Positions 59,293 through 64,000 of a DNA stretch of 64,000 nt are shown here, piece by piece. The stretch spans positions 4,790 through 68,789 of IMG/VR virus record IMGVR_UViG_3300017917_000529, one strand, 5' to 3'. The DNA comes from a virus. Every line of letters starts with the position of its first letter. Within the stretch, counting starts at the first letter, position 1. The translations under genes and the position numbers were made by a program. The notes under the pieces are model-generated. The model had not been told where the DNA came from. It ran no database searches and saw only the letters and a program-made list of their open reading frames with translations.

Positions 59293-59666
59293 TATAAACT
59301 TCCACTGACATCACCAAGTACGGTAATAGTACCTACTACTGGTGTCCATACTGTGTCATCAATTGTTACTTGTAAATCAAACATTAATTCTGCAACGGTA
59401 GATCTGTAAGTTGTGCCCCAATAAGCACTCAAATCAGGATCAATTTTAATCTGTACATATCCAGAGCCTGCTACTACCGTCAAAGGGTCTAATATATCGG
59501 TTTTTGGGTCATATGCAGATGCTTCAAATTGCCACCCAGTAGTATCATAATTACTTGTTTCATCATTATTTAAAAAATCAATTCTTATCATAGATGAGTC
59601 GCCACGAACTACATTCCATTTTAAAGAAGCAGGGTCAGATCCGAATTTTTCTACTACGGTGCACAT
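59292..59666 (-). CDS. BppU-N-like small virion protein
   Basis: WNVVRGDS...FDLQV...WTPVVGTITVLGDV; ATG at 59666 is 6 nt after TGATATAAT. Confidence 0.55.
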   Translation of the reverse strand: MCTVVEKFGSDPASLKWNVVRGDSSMIRIDFLNNDETSNYDTTGWQFEASAYDPKTDILDPLTVVAGSGYVQIKIDPDLSAYWGTTYRSTVAELMFDLQVTIDDTVWTPVVGTITVLGDVSGSL

Positions 59667-59689
59667 AGTCACATTATATCATTTTATAT

Positions 59690-59955
59690 AATTTAAAATC
59701 TAACACCCAGATACTGTGGGTATAAGAAGTAACCCAGGTGCTAGACAGTAAAAGTATATCATACCAGGAAAATATTAATTGTGGATAAGTTGTTAATAAA
59801 AAATTAATCAAATTGTTATAAAGGTTTATGAATAAAATGTTATACAACCAGAGAATTGATGTGTATAATTGATATATATATTATATATAATAAATATCTT
59901 AATACCTTAATATACCTTATATCTTAAATATATTATATATATTATATATTAGAGG
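59690..59955. other. candidate replication origin
   Basis: Non-coding; DnaA boxes TGTGGATAA (59780) and TGTGTATAA (59860) followed by about 80 bp of nearly pure A/T. Confidence 0.55.
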
Positions 59956-59960
59956 AAAAA

Positions 59961-60182
59961 TTATTTTTTACGCCTAGAAGGTTTTTCAGAATTCGACATT
60001 AAGAAGTCGTACATAATTTCTACCTTTTGCTCCAGGCGATTTACTTGGTCTTTGAGTGAGGATCCTGAGTTTGGACGTAGTTCGCTTAAATAATGTTTAA
60101 CCATCCATCTTATTCCTAAAGCGATAGATCCTATTATGGATAATACACTCACGATAACTTCGGCAGCCATTTTTATTTCCAT
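59961..60182 (-). CDS. small membrane protein (holin-like)
   Basis: One hydrophobic helix then ELRPNSGSSLKDQVNRLE; start placed downstream of TGTTATAAT (60192-60200). Confidence 0.55.
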   Translation of the reverse strand: MEIKMAAEVIVSVLSIIGSIALGIRWMVKHYLSELRPNSGSSLKDQVNRLEQKVEIMYDFLMSNSEKPSRRKK

Positions 60183-60364
60183 GGTAAGTAAATTATAACA
60201 GCGTTTTGCATTTTTTGAAACGGTATTTACGTCGACGACAAATAGAAATAACAAACCTCAATATAGACAAACTATGCATGAAACATGCTACAATGTCTAA
60301 GGGTATAGGTTATATTCTACATATACGCTATAATATAAATAACAACCTAGAAGGGGTATAAACA

Positions 60365-60550
60365 ATGTACAGAGAAGAAATCGTACAACTCATGTGTGAC
60401 ACTGTTAATAACTATAACAGAAGTCTTGTTGATGCTGGTGCAATTACTAGCCAAGAAATGGAAGCATTCATTGAACAAGGTGCAGAACAACTAAAGTATA
60501 TGAATGGCTTGTTACATGATGTGTTAAAAGACAATGGTGTTATTCAGTAA
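60365..60550 (+). CDS. hypothetical protein
   Basis: TATAAT and GAAGGGG upstream; first gene of a plus-strand operon. Confidence 0.6.
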   Translation: MYREEIVQLMCDTVNNYNRSLVDAGAITSQEMEAFIEQGAEQLKYMNGLLHDVLKDNGVIQ

Positions 60551-61168
60551 ATGGAATGGCCAAAGAAAGATAAACCTTATTTTGATTTAGAGCCACAAAT
60601 AATCCCCGATTTTTTTACGAAATCTGAATATGATGGTTTGTATGAATTAATCAAAAAATCAGATATTGGTAAAGATCAAAAAAATGAACCAATGGGATAT
60701 TTTGCAAGAAACATTGATATGAGTGATCAAATTTATCCTTCTATCATGTTAGACAAAATTAATAAAGTTTATCATTTGGATAGCGATCCAAGTAAACATA
60801 TGTATATTTATAATAGATATACTTGGCAAACTGGAAATCCACCAACACTAAAACCACACTTTGATACCATGATTGAGTATGGGTCAATTACTTTAACAAT
60901 TATTTTGAACACAACACTTGATTGGAATATTGTTGCTGAAGATAAAGAATTTGAAATTAAATCAAATCAAGCATTTTTATTTTCTGGAACACATCATTTA
61001 CATTGGAGACCAAAGATAGAATTTGGTCCATTTGATCATTATGATTTTTTGCTTTGTCAATTTATAGATAAGAATCCAGTAACACTAGATACTGTTTATT
61101 GGGAGCAAATGGTTAAAAATAGAGCAGAAAAAAGTACTCATTGGTGGAGAGAGTATGAGGCTAAGTAA
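60551..61168 (+). CDS. 2OG-Fe(II) oxygenase (HxD...HWR family)
   Basis: IIPDFFT, LKPHFDT, FSGTHHLHWRP. Confidence 0.78.
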   Translation: MEWPKKDKPYFDLEPQIIPDFFTKSEYDGLYELIKKSDIGKDQKNEPMGYFARNIDMSDQIYPSIMLDKINKVYHLDSDPSKHMYIYNRYTWQTGNPPTLKPHFDTMIEYGSITLTIILNTTLDWNIVAEDKEFEIKSNQAFLFSGTHHLHWRPKIEFGPFDHYDFLLCQFIDKNPVTLDTVYWEQMVKNRAEKSTHWWREYEAK

Positions 61169-61793
61169 ATATACAAACCTTCATGCCAAACTACTAAAAA
61201 ATATTTTTTTAGAAGATGAATATGAAAGTTTATATCAGCAAGTAGAAAAATATGGTCGTATAGAAGAATACGTAAGAGTTATTCCAGAATTAGGATATAC
61301 ATCTACTGGGGTTTTTCTTAATTCAAAAGTTAGAAGTGCTTTAGTTAGAAAAATAGAAAAAGAATTAAATATTAAAGTTAAAGAAGTATCAACACACTAT
61401 GCTAGATATTCTTTACAATCAGGTCACAAACCTTTACTTATGCCACATTATGATAGGGCTTTAACTAAGGCTATGTATTCACTTGCTATAGTGTTAGATA
61501 CTAGTTTTAATTGGGAAATATATGTTGAGGGTGATAAATTTGTACCCCGAAAAAATGATGGAGTGTTATTTTCAGGATCTCATCAGGTTCATTGGAGACC
61601 AGATATTGAGTTTAAGGAAAATGACTATTATGATATATTGGTTTGCCAATTTGAAGAAGATACAGAAGAAGACTTGACTTTAAGTGAAGAACATCTTGAA
61701 ATGATGAATGAAAGAAATGGCAGATGGTGTCTTGAATGGGAAAGACTTTACGATGTTGAAACATATAATAAAAAGATGGGCTATAATGATTAA
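61155..61793 (+). CDS. 2OG-Fe(II) oxygenase (HxD...HWR family)
   Basis: LMPHYDR, FSGSHQVHWRP. Confidence 0.78.
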   Translation: MRLSKYTNLHAKLLKNIFLEDEYESLYQQVEKYGRIEEYVRVIPELGYTSTGVFLNSKVRSALVRKIEKELNIKVKEVSTHYARYSLQSGHKPLLMPHYDRALTKAMYSLAIVLDTSFNWEIYVEGDKFVPRKNDGVLFSGSHQVHWRPDIEFKENDYYDILVCQFEEDTEEDLTLSEEHLEMMNERNGRWCLEWERLYDVETYNKKMGYND

Positions 61794-61808
61794 GAGGATA
61801 GGATAAAT

Positions 61809-62531
61809 ATGGAAACAACATTACCAGCATTAGACCCAAAATGGAAAGCACATCACGTAGAGCCTGCTAAACCAAATCATTTTTTAGAACCAAATTTTTT
61901 TACTGCTGAAGAATACGGTCAAATTTATGATGTTGTTGTAAAAACCATGCAAAGAGGAATTGATGAAGCAGGAGATCAATGGGCTTTCTTTTTACAAATT
62001 TCAAATAACGGATTTTATATTTTAAATGAAACAGAAGATGGAAAAGTAAAGTACCCAGAATCAATTAAAGATAAGATTAAAGAAAAAATGGAATCATTGG
62101 TTGGTGAGCCAGTTCGTGATCCAGGAGTTTTCTTTGCTAGATATACCAAAGATGCTGGATGGCCTAGCCTAATGCCACATTGTGATAAACACCATGACAG
62201 AATGCATGTTACTAATACAATTCAACTTAACAAAACAGTTGATTGGGATTTTTACGTAGAAGATACTTTATATCAAACCAATAGCAATGATGCAGTATGG
62301 TTCTCTGGATCTCACCATGTACATTTTAGACCAGATTCTAATTTTGAAGAAGGAGACTATTATGATATCTTTTTAGTTTCCTCACAAAGAATTGCTGATG
62401 AAAAAAATCCATTAGATAAAAACTGGTTCGATACTCAAGAAAAATTATGTGGACATTTTTCTAATGTAAGATATAAACATTTATTTGAAAAAACTTTAAA
62501 GAAACAATACGAAGTAGACGGCTGTCAATAA
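61809..62531 (+). CDS. 2OG-Fe(II) oxygenase (HxD...HWR family)
   Basis: LMPHCDK, FSGSHHVHFRP. Confidence 0.78.
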   Translation: METTLPALDPKWKAHHVEPAKPNHFLEPNFFTAEEYGQIYDVVVKTMQRGIDEAGDQWAFFLQISNNGFYILNETEDGKVKYPESIKDKIKEKMESLVGEPVRDPGVFFARYTKDAGWPSLMPHCDKHHDRMHVTNTIQLNKTVDWDFYVEDTLYQTNSNDAVWFSGSHHVHFRPDSNFEEGDYYDIFLVSSQRIADEKNPLDKNWFDTQEKLCGHFSNVRYKHLFEKTLKKQYEVDGCQ

Positions 62532-62996
62532 AATCTGAAAAATTTTTTAATTTGGGTTTTCTTCTTTGTCTTCCCATAATTTAAGTTGACCTATACAATC
62601 AGTATCATATACACAACAATCACAACTTATAACTTCAAAATTTTCATTATATACGATATTAGTCATTTTTACCAAACAATATAAATAAAACTGTAACAAA
62701 ACCAACTGAGTAAACTATACCAAACCATACAAGATCTTTATTGGTTCTCATGCCTATAGTATATCTTATAATTTAAATATCCCCAACGTGCCAAGGCAGA
62801 GGATGGGGACTTAACAAGCAGATCTCAAGAATCATGTTCTTTGATAGACCCACAGGCTGATCAGATTTCTATTATATATCATATTTAACAAAAATCTGAA
62901 TATTTTGTTCAGATGTATGATGCACATTTTAAAAAAATAAAAACAAAAAAAATAGTGAGCACTTTTTTAGCACTCACTACACACCCCTATTGATTT

Positions 62997-63275
62997 TTAA
63001 ATATAACCCTCATTTTTTAAACAAGGGAACACAACACTAATTTCGCCATTTGCGTCGTATTCTTCCCAGCCACCATTGTTATAGATTGCAGTAATCGCTC
63101 TGTCTGTAATCTCGCCTTCACCATATAAAAATGTGTCTGCAAGTATTTTTGCTGTATATTTATCTGTGCAGTTGTGGTCTGTAAAATACTTTTGCACAAT
63201 TAGCACAGCACAGATTGTAAAAACTATTGTCCATGCAACTAGTCTTAAGTTTTTTCCTCGTTGCGTTAATTTCAT
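62997..63275 (-). CDS. small membrane-anchored hypothetical protein
   Basis: MKLTQRG followed by a hydrophobic helix; GAGGT RBS. Confidence 0.6.
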   Translation of the reverse strand: MKLTQRGKNLRLVAWTIVFTICAVLIVQKYFTDHNCTDKYTAKILADTFLYGEGEITDRAITAIYNNGGWEEYDANGEISVVFPCLKNEGYI

Positions 63276-63415
63276 TTAACCTCTACCTCTCTTAGGTCTG
63301 CACCTTGATTTAATGCTTCTTGAATTAACTCTATGGCTTGTTCCCATGAGTTGATGTGATAGATAAAGGGGACATCTAGTCCGTCACTTAGTCTGGTTGT
63401 TAGTGAGATATTCAT
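63272..63415 (-). CDS. hypothetical protein (47 aa, not in ORF track)
   Basis: MNISLTTRLSDGLDVPFIYHINSWEQAIELIQEALNQGADLREVEVK; fills the gap exactly, with ATGA overlap. Confidence 0.6.
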   Translation of the reverse strand: MNISLTTRLSDGLDVPFIYHINSWEQAIELIQEALNQGADLREVEVK

Positions 63416-63673
63416 TTATTTACCTGCCTCTATTTCGTATGCTAACTCTCTTGTAATTATAGCCTCTTGCTCTGACACCCATTTGTCATGTTCGTATTGC
63501 CAAACCTTAGCATTTGATTTGTCTAGCATTTGTTTTAATTGCTCGTCGCTAATATGTGCATAAACAAAACCTAGTAAGTCGTATAGCCATAGTTTGCTAT
63601 TGCTCTCTATGTCGTGATTGTTTAGAGTCATAAAATTCGTCTCTAATTCTTGTATCATGTTTAATTTATTCAT
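63416..63673 (-). CDS. hypothetical early protein
   Basis: AGAAAGGTAAATTAAATG start context. Confidence 0.6.
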   Translation of the reverse strand: MNKLNMIQELETNFMTLNNHDIESNSKLWLYDLLGFVYAHISDEQLKQMLDKSNAKVWQYEHDKWVSEQEAIITRELAYEIEAGK

Positions 63674-63678
63674 TTAAT

Positions 63679-63876
63679 TTACCTTTCTACTTTTGTAGTT
63701 AATGTTAAATATCCTACACTATTGTCATCAAATGTCAATTCGTAGGCATAGGCATTTAGCCCTTTCATTTTGGTAATAATACCCTCGTGGTTAGGGGTAG
63801 ATAGGTAGCCCATGCTACCATAATGAGAATATAATTTGACATATTCGCCAATTTTAACTTTATCTTTTAATTTCAT
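63679..63876 (-). CDS. hypothetical early protein
   Basis: Identical AGAAAGGTAAATTAAATG start context. Confidence 0.6.
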   Translation of the reverse strand: MKLKDKVKIGEYVKLYSHYGSMGYLSTPNHEGIITKMKGLNAYAYELTFDDNSVGYLTLTTKVER

Positions 63877-63910
63877 TTAATTTACCTTTCTAAGTAATTC
63901 GTTGAGGGTC

Positions 63911-63952
63911 TTATTTGCTAGGCTCACCCTTTCGGTTTATTTGCTAGGCTCA
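63911..63952. repeat. 16-bp direct repeat inside an inverted repeat
   Basis: ttatttgctaggctca at 63911 and 63937, flanked by gagggt...accctc. Confidence 0.9.
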
Positions 63953-64000
63953 TACCCTCTATTTAGTTATATTCTTAACCTATCAGATACCTCTGACAAA

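Noticed and set aside
60260-60300. Nested hairpin TAGACA..GCATG-AAA-CATGC..TGTCTA as an ncRNA
   Set aside because: Short and located between divergent promoters; cannot be distinguished from an operator or chance
62540-62760. Short minus-strand reading frames (hydrophobic 22-mer; Cys-rich stretch)
   Set aside because: Too short or lacking a start codon; possibly decayed genes but not supportable
1-64000. Stop-codon reassignment, tRNA genes, integrase or terminase
   Set aside because: Genes are intact and tightly packed in the standard code with all three stops used. I recognised no tRNA cloverleaf, integrase or terminase by eye; tRNAscan was not run

Overview
This AT-rich 64 kb window is part of a large tailed dsDNA phage genome with siphovirus-type morphogenesis genes. 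The host is probably an actinobacterium; this is an inference from leaderless extended -10 promoters, a PASTA-like domain and a secreted lysozyme-like protein. Almost all genes are on the minus strand. The order is: replication/recombination genes (RuvC-like, Cas4-like, RecA, DnaE, SSB, primase, DnaB); tail tip, tape measure, tail, neck, capsid, protease and portal; a class II ribonucleotide reductase; a long fibre/decoration region; a DnaA-box plus AT-rich candidate origin; and the start of a small early-gene region. The most striking feature is a module present twice. A fibre gene ending in a shared C-terminal domain lies directly upstream of a protein built as [FN3 or PASTA]-(FGFSPFxV)x~7-[atypical Hint domain]. 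The window also carries 11 2OG-Fe(II) oxygenases, a glycosyltransferase and a collagen-like protein. Together these suggest an undescribed system for auto-processing and post-translationally modifying virion appendage proteins or peptides. All product calls come from motifs read by eye; no database searches were run.
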